Source: Eledone cirrhosa
Lineage: Eukaryota
NCBI GenBank assembly: GCA_964016885.1
Contig: OZ024741.1
Span: 29,698,001 to 29,762,000 of the forward strand
Direction of reading: 5' to 3'
DNA length: 64,000 bases
Shown here in pieces: positions 13,055-27,040 of this stretch. The first letter of the stretch is position 1; each line of letters opens with the position of its first letter. Made by a program: the position numbers and the translations under genes. The notes beneath the pieces are model-generated. The model made no database searches. It saw only the letters and a program-made list of their open reading frames with translations, and was not told the DNA's origin.

Positions 13055-13573
13055 AAGGTTTCTTGGTGAGGAGGGTGACTTTGGACATCCTGCAGGACTA
13101 AAAACAAAACCTGTCAAAGGGCAAAGGAGCTCTTAAGAGCCAATGGCCATCCAAAATCACCGATCAGAGATGACCCCTTAGCCTTTGTCAAGGCAGAATT
13201 CTAGGAGAAGGAAAACTCTGATATAACACCTGCAACCTTGATGGTATCCAATGATGTTGACTTGTTCTTCTTTTTGATAAATATCATCTTGGTTAAGAGA
13301 GTGGGACTGGCTTTGTGCAAAGCCTTTGCTCACTATAAAAGATTCACGGCACATGCATTGCTTTATATCTGGAGATCTCTCTGCAATTCTCGTCACATGG
13401 TTCCATGGGCCCAGCACTATGTATCAATAATTGTCACAAGTGTAATGTTTCTACCAGAGTTTTCAAGTCGCTGGCTGGACTAAAAAGTCACACTCGTTCA
13501 GTGCATCGGTAGGAGTTCTCCTACATGGATATAAAGTAGCAGCCGTACTCGAAAACGAGTTGGCAGCCACCAT
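13055..13573 (+). mobile_element. Non-autonomous RTE-derived element, 5'-truncated copy
   Basis: Highly similar to ~41918-42435; ends with a C2H2-like remnant CNVSTRVFKSLAGLKSHTRSVHR* and a short 3' UTR; (GTAT)n on both sides. Confidence 0.78.
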
Positions 13574-13840
13574 GTATGTACGTATGTCCGTGTGTATGTA
13601 TTCATTCCCTGTCGTGTAATTAACATGGCATAGCAAATATGTACACATTTTCAATTGAGCTTTAGTCGCTATTTGAAATACTATTAACGTTGTTTTTGTT
13701 AAGTGGATAACATTGACGATATTTAACTGTTCTTTAAGAATTTAATTTCATGGGTCTCTGTCACTGTTGCTAGTTCAAAGATTTCTCTACTTAAATAAAC
13801 ACGTTAAGTGAGTAATTTTATTCTCATTTTACGTAAACAA

Positions 13841-14187
13841 GGGTAAAAAGAAACCTTTCGTCATGAATGACTATGGGATTTAAACCTAGAAAGTTCCCCT
13901 CCGATGCACAAGTCCAGGCAAGGTTATTTGTGGCAGACCAACAGTCGCCCATGCATACTATCCTCCCCTCTCCACGTCACCGATGTTGTCCAGGGAAAGA
14001 CAATGGCAATGGAAATACAGCTTGGCACCAATGACGTTGCAACTCATTTCTACAGCTGAGTGAACTGGAGCAACGTGAAATATAGTTTTTTGCTCAAAAA
14101 CACAACTCAAAGCCGGGTCCAAGAATGGAACTCACAATTTCCCGATTTCAAGCCCTATGGTCTAACCACTAAGCCATGCGCCTTCAC
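13841..14187 (-). mobile_element. tRNA-derived CORE-type SINE (octopus OR-like)
   Basis: Minus strand starts GTGAAGGCGCATGGCTTAGTGGTTAG (A box), degenerate B box, CORE-like TTGAGCAAAAAACTATATTTCACGTTGCTCCAGTTCACTCAGCTGTAGAAATGAG. Confidence 0.8.
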
Positions 14188-14301
14188 CACTTTATGTGCA
14201 GGAAATTATTATCGAGAAATTATTATCATACGTGCTGACACCATAGCTAGAAGTTTCATGGGATTACATATATATAAAAACATGGAACAGTTATAACAAT
14301 A

Positions 14302-14454
14302 AGGATCACCTCCCTACTCACCACCATCGGCAAGGAGTTGGTTACCCGCATATGTGAGCATCACGAGATTGAATGGCTTTTCCAACGCGTCTCCCTCACT
14401 AAACTCTGTGAAAACGCCTTCTCTATTCTGTTACTAGGACCGCGGGGTGACTAG
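14302..14454 (+). mobile_element. CRE-clade LINE 3'-terminal coding fragment
   Basis: Manual translation ...IGKELVTRICEHHEIEWLFQRVSLTKLCENAFSIL...* resembles the CRE C-terminal L.QRLS.A.QRGNA.SIL motif. Confidence 0.65.
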
Positions 14455-14639
14455 CGCTTGGGCCCAAATTTCCTTATAATAGTGAGAAGCGGGAGGGCGA
14501 GAGAGACGGAGGCAGTGAGTGAAAGAGAAAGAACATCAACACTTATCTATTTATCTATTTGTATTTACTGACACCCGAATGGAGCTGTAGCGCTACCTAT
14601 TAAGATTTTGTATGTTTACGGTCAATAAATAACTCGGCT

Positions 14640-14659
14640 TCATCATCATCATCACCACC

Positions 14660-14729
<70 letters not shown>

Positions 14730-14731
14730 AT

Positions 14732-14782
<51 letters not shown>

Positions 14783-14985
14783 GTATCCAGGTTTTGATTA
14801 TGCGGGACACAATTAATCCCAATGTAGGGTTGGGTCCTGCCTGACAACGCCCCTTAGTGTCTCGCTCCATCTGTTTCAGTCCACTGGTCTCACTTTGGCC
14901 AGGCCAAACCTAGCTTGTTCCCGACGGACATCCTCCATCCAAGTCCTTTTCAGTCTTCCTGGGCCTCTACTGGGCTTGTTGAAAT
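14640..14985 (-). mobile_element. RTE-type LINE 3' end with an expanded (GAT)n tail ((CAT)n at 14640-14778)
   Basis: Minus strand reads RGPGRLKRTWMEDVRRE (GRP...W.D motif), then a short UTR and the trinucleotide tail. Confidence 0.65.
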
Positions 14986-16886
14986 AAAATTGTATTGTTT
15001 AGTTTCCTATTACTTTATCATCTGTATATAGAAGACAATGTAGAGTGTTGGACTGGTGGGTGTCTTTAGAACATCAGATAGGACGGCTTGTGTTACACAG
15101 TTAGCTATTTACATTTTCGTTTCAAATCCAGCAGTCTCTCTTTGGCCTTATATACCTAATATGTGGCTCCGATTAAAACCACTACTACTTGAAACCTGGG
15201 TGCTTTTAACGGATTTCATTTTGGTGCAAGAAGATGCCTTCCTCTCTACGTTTTTCCTGTCTTTGATGTTCCAGGATAGAAAAACGGACGCTTCCTTTTC
15301 TCAGTTAAGTAAGTACTAGCATATTTAATGTTTTGAGCAAAAACAAGATTCAATTGGTTAAGCCACCTGTGTAAAGGACGATAGAAAAATAGGACCAATA
15401 ACTAATACTAATCAAATATGTTTGCGGTACAGTTAACGAGAACTTCGAATAGTTATTTTATCAGAATTTGGATTACACATGAATCTGGAGAGATGAAACA
15501 TTTGTCCCAAGGCTTAATATTAATTTACAGGGTGATCCATGACACGTATGCTTCCCACTACAAGCAAAATAAAAAGTTTAATTAGATAAATGTTTACATG
15601 TTCTTTAATTGAATTTATTCAATATTAATCATTATGAATATTATTTTGGGGGGCCAAAATGCTAAGATGTTATATTACAAATGCAGTCAATTATCCCTGT
15701 CTAATGTTTATTGTCCAGTTCTTAGGATCACTTATTACTGGAGCAATTAGTATGTGGCTGTCTAGTTCTTTCTTTCTTTCTTTATTTATTTATTTATTCC
15801 TTTATGTATTTTATTTTGCATTTTGCGTTCCGTACTCTTATGGGGTTGAGTTACACCATAACCCAGTTTAATACAACCACCTAATATTTGGTTGTATTTA
15901 TTGCAGTGAATTCTTTTTGCAATTATTTGGCCTACATCTCCGCTCTGAAAAAACTAAAATGTTATGGGTACTATTATTTCCTCTTTGAATAAACTGTTAA
16001 TAAATACATAGATAAATATATATCGACAATCATTTATGCTATGTAAATACCACAATGAATTGATGGCACTCTATCGATTCTTTTGAGTCATTCTAACTAT
16101 AATTAAGAATCATACAAGTTCGTATTTTATTTTCCGAATGAAGTAATAATGTGTTTCATGAGGTAATAGCATTTGTAGTTAATAAATTATTTCGTAATAA
16201 CAGAGTAGATGTTTGCTGCAATGGTGTGTTTCAAGACGTAATTTTATTTTTAGTTAATAAACCATTTCGTAATAATAGAGTTTCGTACCCAAAGACAACG
16301 CATCTGACAACAATTATTCCTTTCTATTTATATGTGTTAACAGAATATGGTTAGCTAACTAATTAGAACTTGCTTCGAAATACGTAGGGAAAAAGTCGAT
16401 CATATAAAATGAAAGAGATTAGGAACAAAGTCAAACGATTGCAGGAATATAATAATGGATCAATTAAAAAAGGAATTACTGAAAGGAAGGAAAAGAGGAA
16501 AAAACATGAATGTGTATGTTTGTACACACACACAATAACATACGCATAGAAACACAAACACACACACATATAGACATATATGTTTATATACACACACACA
16601 TATTAATGAGCCGAGTCACGATACGTGCAAAATAATAATAAGAAATATAACTGAGGAATTATATATCTGACGGGTAGAAATGTGTAATTCTTCCATGCCA
16701 CCCTTTTCTTTCTTTGATTTTCTTTTCTGATTGAAAGGTTCCTTGATGAGCTGAGCCTTCTCACAGTGCACAAAAAAATGCGATTATTCAGCGAAACTGC
16801 AGCAGTCGGGATAATAAAGTGAAAAGATGAACATATATTTCTTACCTTGTTTACTTTTCCCGAATATATATATATATATATGATAA

Positions 16887-17863
16887 ATCATGTCCTTAGA
16901 TTATTAGATAAAATATATACCATTTCCTCTCCCAATTAGCATAATTAACCATATAAAAAATCAATTAGACCAAGCTATAAGATGAAAGGCTCTTATGAAG
17001 AAATCTCCGACAAATAACCGAAAGTGGCCTCTTCGTGGTGGCCCCAATAGAGTAGTTATCCAACATTTCGACAGTTTGTAGAAACTGACTAAATATACCA
17101 TCAACCATACACAATTAGGTGTAAAATTAAACTTAGAAGAAATGTGTACATACCGTAATTATATGTCTACCATGGTTTCATCCGTATTTTTAGACATCCA
17201 ATTAATAGGAATGTCTTTAGTTAGGATTCATCATGAGACAAACTCAAAATCAGACATTTACTTTTCCAACGTGATCGCGCCAAAATTAGATTCAAGAATC
17301 GCTATGTGGCTGTGGTCAAGCTAGAAAGAATGTAATTGGTTGCTTACGGCGGGTAGGCTTGTTGCTAGAAAGCGCAGCCAAATATCGCCAAATTGTATCT
17401 CAACCTAACGGGAGATCATTAAATATAAAAGTTTACATATACATAAAGTTATAGATATATATGCTGCAACCGGTCACTTTTTGGCTCTATGAAGAATTAA
17501 TAAATTAAATAATCAGAGCAATATATCATACATCATGTCCTTAGTATTATTAGATACAATATATACCATTTCCTCTCCCAATTAGCATAATTAACCATAT
17601 AAAAAATCAATTAGACCAAGCTATAAGAAGAAAGGCTCTTATGAAGAAATCTCCGACAAATAACCGAAAGTGGCCTCTTCGCGGTGGCCCCAATAGAGTA
17701 TTTATCCAACATTTCGACAGCATGTAGAAACTGACTAAATATACCATCAATCATACACAATTAGGTGTAAAATTAAACTTAGAAGAAATGTGTACATACC
17801 GTAATTATATCTCTACCATGGTTTCATCCGTATTTTTAGACATCCATTTAATAGGAATGTCTT
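16887..17863 (+). repeat. ~330-bp direct repeat (16887-17217 and 17532-17863) around a ~315-bp spacer
   Basis: Near-identical copies by eye; (TA)n on both sides. Confidence 0.93.
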
Positions 17864-17866
17864 GAG

Positions 17867-17898
<32 letters not shown>

Positions 17899-17899
17899 C

Positions 17900-18064
<165 letters not shown>

Positions 18065-18340
18065 ATATATGAATCCGAAATATATAGGGACAATTAAATC
18101 TCTCCCAAGGTAACTCTCTCTCGTGTTGTTATTTTAATTTTATCCTTTATACTCTTTACTTCATTCCTCTACACGTCTTATACACACCACGCATCTCAAC
18201 GTACACCCACTTACATCTCTCTCTCCACCACCGGATCTTGTTACCCGGAGATTTACCCATTTGCATTGTCGAGGCTTCCAAACGACTTAAAGATATTTAC
18301 CTATTATTCCACAATGCTTCAAGCAAACTTCAATACTCTC

Positions 18341-18378
<38 letters not shown>

Positions 18379-18379
<1 letters not shown>

Positions 18380-18517
18380 ACGAAGGAGTTGTGGTAAGGA
18401 ACAAGATGGACCATAACGCCAGAGAGTACTCAATATTTAGGGTAGAAAGAGTGGGTAATAGTCCAGAAATAGCCGTCGAAACGGCTTGAGCTCTGCCGCC
18501 GGGATCCTACTTTCTCC

Positions 18518-18518
<1 letters not shown>
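18379..18518. mobile_element. Short PLE-terminus-like repeat, family also at 37387-37518 and 40776-40965
   Basis: Shared AACGAAGGA..GGTAAG..ATGGACCATAACGC; the GAAATAGCCGTCGAAACGGCTTGAGCTCTGCCG block is shared with 40911-40943; embedded in (TA)n. Confidence 0.65.
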
Positions 18519-18604
<86 letters not shown>

Positions 18605-18850
18605 CACATGTGTATATAATGTCAAAGAGATGTGATGTTGTTGGGAATAATAGAACGAGCATTAACAATAGATACAATAAGAACATATGACATATGGTAA
18701 GTACAAAGATGGCAACATACTACGGATAAAAGGACAAAGTATTTTATACACCGTTCATGAAATATATAGAAGTAATAGGGAATATATCTGTCTGAAGAGT
18801 TCGGTTGAAATTTGGTTGAGGGAGATGCAGAATCGCACCGTATGTATATG

Positions 18851-19028
18851 ATTGTTTCTACTTTTGGCAGAAGGCCAGCAATTATCCCAGTCTATTTACT
18901 GGTGCTATATTTTATCGATGAAGGCAAAGCTAACCTCAGCGGATTAGAACTCAGAACGTAAAGGGTCATAATTCGGTGCTGATAATCATGATTTCTAACG
19001 CTCTACCGATACTGCCAAACCACCGCAT
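18851..19028 (-). mobile_element. tRNA-SINE with TSD CGTATGTATAT
   Basis: TSD at 18839-18849 and 19029-19039. Confidence 0.9.
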
Positions 19029-19519
19029 CGTATGTATATAATGTAATTTCAAACACAAGGTTCTAAAAACCTTCGCTAAGTACTAACTGAACTAGAACAA
19101 GATTCGGTCCCGAATACTTAGGTATTACTACATCCTATTTAGTACATTTCCTGTAGCATTTGGACTTTTCACACCCATGGATTCATTAATATTCAAAACA
19201 ATCTCATTTTCTTAATTCCTTTCCTCCTTACCCACTCTTAATTTCTACCCTTTCTTTTCTGTCTCTCTCTTTATTCCTTCTCTACCCTCTCTACCATATA
19301 TGGTAAACATCAAAACCTTCACCCATACCAATGGTCAAAGAATAATTGTTCCATAACACATCACACAGATTGATAATGTGAAATGCTTTACCTGCATCCC
19401 CTCTACTATCACACTAACTGAATATTTCATGCTATTTTTAACTTATTTACATTTTCTTAAATGAAAATCTCATTACTGAATTCTACTTTGTGATGAACAG
19501 TTGAATTCCACTACTATAG

Positions 19520-19788
19520 GCTTTCTGATGAAGTGTAATAAATAATTGTTTCTACGTTTGGCACAAGGCCAGAAATTACCCAGTGCATTACTGGTACTTT
19601 ATTTTATCGACCTCGTAAGGATGAAAGTCAAAGTTAACCTTGGCGGGATTTGAACTCAGAATGGAAAGGCCGTAACTCTATGCTTCAAAGCACGGCGTCC
19701 AACCCTCTACCGATACTGCCAATCCAATATATATTGTAGTCAGCATATGTAGAAAATGTATAATTGCACAGGAAACATATGTCAAAGC
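19520..19788 (+). ncRNA. Type I hammerhead ribozyme motif with a SINE (about 19546-19727, minus) inside loop II
   Basis: GCTTT-CTGATGA-A-GTGTAAT...ATTGCAC-AG-GAAA-CATATG-TC-AAAGC: perfect stem I, 7-bp stem II, palindromic stem III, GUC triplet. Confidence 0.72.
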
Positions 19789-20534
19789 AAATAATTTCAT
19801 AATCTCTTCACGCCGACGTTTTATTTTTCTTTGTGCATTACTTGTTTATCACTCTCTATATATAAAATTATTTTTCTCAAGAAAAGTTCACATCCGAGCA
19901 TGTATTTTCGTTGTTGTAGTGGCAAGGTGGCCACATGTCATGTCTCCAGTTGCAATTTTCACCCTGTCACACTTTGAATTTGCCCGCCAAAAACGTGATA
20001 GTGAAACATTGGCTGCTACCATTCGTAGTACTTTATTTTACACTTCACACCGGTTCGAAACACAGAACGGAAACCTGTTGATAACGTGAGTCCACAGTTC
20101 AGTCATCGAATACCACAAACTTGCATATTGCGCAAGTAGGATTGTTGATTTTGGATTTCATAGAAACGTATCGGAGGTATTGCATAATATCGTTCGTGAT
20201 GGTCCAGGTTTGTTACTTGACCAGATTGTTTTTATCGTTGCTTTCATATTATGTGGCTAGGCTCACCTGCCGCAGTTTTCAATTTGTCAAGCTACCTTAC
20301 GTATGATATTACTCTAAGGTGACACAGCCTTATGGAGTGCTTTGCTGTACATTCCTAATTGTATAGCGTTAGCTTTGCCACAGCGAAAACTTCGATTTTA
20401 CTAAACTTCCATTTGTATATGTGTGTGTGTGTACAATTCAGCCCAGGGTTTTCTCACTCCTGTTGGTTGCAAGTTGGTGAGGCTATTTAACCAATAATTC
20501 TGGTAGATGGCTGTTGACTTAGGAGTTATTCCCC

Positions 20535-20711
<177 letters not shown>

Positions 20712-20895
20712 AGTTCCACAGCAAATTAGTAAAGCATACTCGAGGACGCACGTTTCATCCAACGGATTTTCAACCCGAGTTCTGAGAAAGGAAGTGTAGA
20801 TGAGCTCATATACACTTCCGATCCATGTCAATGTTTACCTTTGTGCCTGTGTTTATGCCCTGTAACTCACTGGTTCAACTGAAATGAGATCCATA

Positions 20896-21582
20896 AAATG
20901 AACACAAATCGTACAACATCAAGGCTGTCCTTCGACAGGAACATATTCTAATAACTGAAACAAGTTCATGAATTAAATCATAAAAACATATACATCAGTT
21001 ATAAAGAAATATTCTTCACAAATATAACCCGTGGATTTCTTTGCACAAGGATTATTTTATATTGGATAAATATTGTATTTGGTTGATTACAGCAGTTGAT
21101 TACTTGAATGTAAACAGAACGCTCGTTTAATCACGGATACTCTCGATCGATTGCTATAACAGTAAATCATATATTCCCTTGAGGATGTACATATATTCGG
21201 TATGAATAAATTTACCGACGATAATCAATCTGGTTATAGGAGCTGTGACAGCGTGGGAATAATATCTACAATGATATTAGTAAAGCTTTAATGAAAATAT
21301 GCTGCGGAATCAAACGATTAGGAAAGTGAAAATGAGTTAGAAAATGAGATAGAAAAGCTTAGAAAAAAAGGTGTGAAAGTATGGATGAAATGAAGATAGA
21401 TTTGTTGGTCACGCGGGTACGAAATGCATAAAAATGGCCGTAACTATTTTCGATCATTGGACCTTTTGACTGAGAGACTGCTGTATATGTTTTTTTATGA
21501 TTTAATTCATAAACTTGTTTCAGTTATTAGAATATGTTCCTGCCGAGGCACAGCCTTGATGTTGTACAATTTGTGTTCATTT
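20896..21582. repeat. ~105-bp inverted repeat (20896-20999 / 21477-21582)
   Basis: Arms are reverse complements with scattered mismatches. Confidence 0.88.
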
Positions 21583-22205
21583 TAGGGAAAATAAAATAAT
21601 AAATATAATAATCTAAAAGACGGTGCAGAGAGTTGAACGCTGAAAATTTGCCAGACAATTCTATTGAACACTTCTAAGAGAACCATATAATAACATTTCA
21701 CAACAGTAACAGCAATGAGGAGGGAACAAGAAGATATTGTAAACAGTATACGGAACGAAATCTAATTAAACACATATAGAAAACAAAATAGTTCTAAGTT
21801 ATTCAAGCTCATGTGGAAGATATTTCATGGTGTCAATGAACGTGGTTGTGTGCATTTGTTTGCATGTTTGTGTGTGTATGCGTGTGCGGCGTGCGTGGGT
21901 GTGTGTGTGTGAGAGAGAAATCGTATGTGGGAGAAAGACAGAGAGATCATCGAGAGACGGATAAAGTGAGAGGTTGCGAATGATATATATATATAGACAT
22001 ACACACACACACATATATATATATATATGTGTATATGTATATATAAATATATATGTCTATATACATATGTATGTATATACCTATATGTATATATATATAT
22101 ATATACTTATATATACATGATTATATATATATATATATATAAATTTAATCATATATATATAATAATATATAGAGGAATATAGGTATCTACATATATATAT
22201 ATAAA

Positions 22206-22271
<66 letters not shown>

Positions 22272-22681
22272 CTCATATATATATGTGTGTGTGTAAGTGT
22301 GTAAACACACAGCCAAAAAGGCGATAGAGCCTTACAGAGGGAATATAAGGTAAAAACCACATTCACAGTCATCTAACATTAAATTCGACCTACTTGACAG
22401 TGTTATAACATTAGCTATTGACTATTTACTTTACAAATTGAAGTCTTTTATATGCCAACATTTCTATTATTGACTACAAGATTGGAAGTGGTTTTATCCG
22501 CCATCTCCTTCTCTGTTGTCTCCCCTTTTCTAGAACTCTCTATATACAGACGTATAGACGAACAGACATTTATATATACACACAAACAAATATAGGTTAT
22601 TGAGTGTATATAGCTTGTAAAATGTAATTATACATATATAGTAAATTATATATATATATATATACACATACAGATATAGCA

Positions 22682-22726
<45 letters not shown>

Positions 22727-22757
22727 AAATTATATATATATACATAACATACATATA

Positions 22758-22788
<31 letters not shown>

Positions 22789-22799
22789 TGTTATATCTG

Positions 22800-22949
<150 letters not shown>

Positions 22950-23387
22950 CATATACATTAATGTGTATATTTGTATAACTGTATATACATAAAAGGACAT
23001 ACAGTTAAATATATATATGTTTGTAGTCGTGTGTGTGGCTGTCTTTTAACGCTAATTCCCGCGTGTGATACAGTGATTTTTTGCCGAGAAAAAATGCCAG
23101 ATTTTTAAAATAGATTAACTCCGGCGTGTGATGTCTTTTGTTTGGACTCGTTGTTTGAGCGTCAAATTGGAGTGCTCCGTGTTCGAGCAAGATTTTGGCC
23201 AGCTTACTAATTGGTCACATACTCAATCATTAGACATGTTTCTTTCAGATAGTCGGGGGGCATTGGAATAGTAAATATATAAAAGAATAAGAAAAGGTAT
23301 AACAGAAAGACGTAAGAAGGAATATCGATGCAAAGTCTGGCGACAAATATAGAGTGAGCACTGGCATAAAAGCAGAAAGACTATCGC

Positions 23388-23487
<100 letters not shown>

Positions 23488-23630
23488 CATATATATATAC
23501 TATACATATATATATAAGCATACATTGAAGTTGTAGCCGCATTAGAGCAGATGCCAATCGAATTGCTTGAGGCAGTCTCAAAACAATGTATTATACATAT
23601 ACATACATTTATATATAAATATATGTATGT

Positions 23631-23685
<55 letters not shown>

Positions 23686-23698
23686 TTCACTCTTTCAC

Positions 23699-23764
<66 letters not shown>

Positions 23765-23864
23765 CTGTATTTATCCCGGGTTCAATCGGAGGTAACCACA
23801 GTAAGTAAGGTACTCAATACATAGCAGAGTGTAAATATTTAATATAGAAATGGCTTTTACAATG

Positions 23865-23914
23865 GCTTTCCTGATGATATCCTCCTAATGAAACAGTTCT
23901 AGTCCTGTAGAAGC
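23865..23914 (+). ncRNA. Hammerhead-like motif in a PLE-type terminal repeat (duplicate near 29155-29204)
   Basis: GCTTTC-CTGATGA-tatcctcctaat-GAAA-CAG..CTG-TA-GAAGC; stem II is weak. Confidence 0.5.
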
Positions 23915-23915
23915 A

Positions 23916-23966
<51 letters not shown>

Positions 23967-24006
23967 ATGAAATATAAGAATCAAAGAACTGTTCAAAACA
24001 TTATTG

Positions 24007-24053
24007 TGCTTACAGCCGTTTCCTCGAAACCGAGCTTTGGATTCTTCGGAGCA
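24007..24053 (-). ncRNA. Minimal hammerhead-like motif with CCGAAGA core
   Basis: Minus strand TGCT-CCGAAGA-atccaaag-CTCG-gttt-CGAG-GAAA-CGGCTG-TA-AGCA. Confidence 0.5.
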
Positions 24054-24272
24054 ATTTATTAATGCATGGACAGTTATATGACCTCGTATATATATATATA
24101 TATAAATACACTTTGGCGCAATCTGGGTTACACATTCTGTAATTATGATAATAGACTATATATATATCAAGATAGAACAAGTTTTAAATTAGTTAAAACA
24201 TTATTCAACAGAGTACTCGAAACTTGGGCTAGTAGAGTATGACTATATTATAAAGAGTCGGGGCCCAATATA

Positions 24273-24318
<46 letters not shown>

Positions 24319-24411
24319 CATCATCATCATCATGATCTTCATTTAACGTCCATCTTCCACGCTAGCATGGGTTAAATATATATATATATATATTATATAT
24401 TGGGCTCCGAC

Positions 24412-24472
<61 letters not shown>

Positions 24473-24473
<1 letters not shown>

Positions 24474-25366
24474 GAGGTGTGTCAGAAACGTTCCAGGACT
24501 GATGTCACAAAAGATTAATTTCGAAACCAAACTTCACACTAAGAGTTTTCTCCTTCAAAGTAATTCCACTGGAGTCTAATGCACTTTTCCATCCTTTTCT
24601 GCCCCGCTTGCATGCACTCCTGGGAGGATTCATCCGGGATCCTCCGCAGTTCCGTCGTCACGGCCTTTTTGATGTCGTCCACGTCTTCAAAACGGGTCCC
24701 CGCCGGGTCGTACTCGAAGATCCATGACTCATCACCGGTGATGACTGTCACTAGCAAGTCTGGTTCGGTTTCAAGACGCTCGAGGATGTCCTGGTACACT
24801 TGCATGCGTCGACCCTTCTGGTCATTGTTCTGCAATGTTGGCACCATTTTCGCGCAGACTTTCCGCATGTCCAAATCTTCGGTGAGAATCTTCCAGACGC
24901 TGCCCAATTCATGCCCAGCTCATTTGCCATCAGTCGAACAGTCAGCCGACCATAGCTACGCACCATCTGCCTGACGAGCTCAACGTTGACCTCAGTACTG
25001 GTTGTTGAGGGCCTTCCGCTCCTGGGGTCATATTCCAAGTTCTTGCGTCCTTCTTTAAACCTCTTGCACCACTCAAAAACACGTGGGCCTGACATCGTCT
25101 CATCTCCATACACATGCTGCAGCAATTCCAGTGCTTCTGGCGAAGTTTTCAAGTGTTATCGTTGCTTTGTGCTCATTGCTTGACGGCCTGAAACAGAGGG
25201 CATGTATATAACATTATGAAGAAAAAGGTTTGATCGCTTCAGAGAGCTAAGATTACAGTACATACTCCAGGGGGATTACTTTTAAGGAGAAAACTCTTAG
25301 TGTGAAGTTTGGGTTTGAAATAAATCCTTTGTGACATCAGTCCTGGAACTTTTCTGAGGCACCTCG
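24473..25366 (-). mobile_element. Mariner (Tc1/mariner) internally deleted element
   Basis: ~100-bp imperfect TIRs starting CGAGGTG, TA flanks; HTH region (RVFEWCKRFKEGR..DPRSGRPST), KVCAKMVP, ITGDESWIFEYDP joined directly to GTRFEDVDDIK, so most of the DDD domain is missing. Confidence 0.95.
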
Positions 25367-25484
25367 TATATAAGTGTGTGTGTATATCCGGGGTTAAATT
25401 GGCGGTAACAACAGTAAGTAAGGTACTCAATACATAGCAGAGTATAAATATTTAATATAGAAAGGCCATTTCTATATTAAATAA

Positions 25485-25570
<86 letters not shown>

Positions 25571-26303
25571 AGAGAAAGGGGTAGATAGATAGATATGTGT
25601 GTATGTGAGTGTATGTATCTGTATAAATATGTATGTGTATAGGGACATAAACTGAGTCTTAAATTTTCTAGCCGGATTCTCAGAGGGTTCATTAATTTTG
25701 TGAGATGATTCCCCCGTGCCTCCAGCAAACCCAATCACCTCCCACAAGTGATTTCTGAAAAAAAAAACTTTTTATTTTTCCTTTTTTCTGTCGCTTTGTT
25801 TTGTTATCTTCCGTGAAGTAGAAGTGTCACACGTCGTACCATTATCTACATATCTTCCTAGCAACACTTGTCTACATACTTTTACTTATGCTCTCCCAAT
25901 ATGGCATAGTCCTGGAAAAGTTTTGTGATCTTCTTGCTATTTCAGGCTTTACAATTCTAACGAATAATTTATGAAGAATTATTTTCTACATTGTCACAGA
26001 AGGAGGCATACTGATACGAAAATGACTGCTAAACACTTTAATGTGTACTTTCTCTCTCTCTTGTAACCATAACGCTGGCGATCTATATTTCAGTATTAAT
26101 GAAACGAACTAGATAATAGAATTTAAATTAAATTAAACCAGGCCGAAATATCGATAAATACTAAGTGAGGAATCATTACAAGAACACAGATTGTACTTGA
26201 ATTCATTTAGAATGAACGTTTAATATATTTGTATTAAATGTGCGTATATTAAATTTTCACTGCCACATGGTTCTTTGATATTTATTTTTTTTAAATTATA
26301 AAG

Positions 26304-26413
<110 letters not shown>

Positions 26414-26478
26414 GTATATATACATACATATATATATATATATACGTATATATACATACATATATATATATATATATG

Positions 26479-26547
<69 letters not shown>

Positions 26548-26597
26548 GTATATATACATACATACATATATATATATATGCATATATATATATATAT

Positions 26598-26673
<76 letters not shown>

Positions 26674-26775
26674 CTATATATATACGTACATATATATATA
26701 CATATATATACATATATATACATATACATACATATATATATATATATATATACATATATATATACATATATATAC

Positions 26776-26862
<87 letters not shown>

Positions 26863-26985
26863 TATACATATGTATGTATGTGAGTATGTATGTATTATCT
26901 ATGTATGTATGTCTGTGTGTATTTATGTGTCTATGTCTGTCTGTATATATATATATATATATATACAGCTATATATAAATATAGG

Positions 26986-27040
<55 letters not shown>

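Noticed and set aside
13178-13483. Conserved-looking ~80-aa ORFs on both strands, repeated at 42040-42345
   Set aside because: They lie inside two copies of the same non-autonomous repeat; similarity reflects the repeat, not a gene.
16835-16862. Minus-strand splice-donor-like AAG|GTAAG
   Set aside because: Isolated; no acceptor or reading frame could be linked to it.
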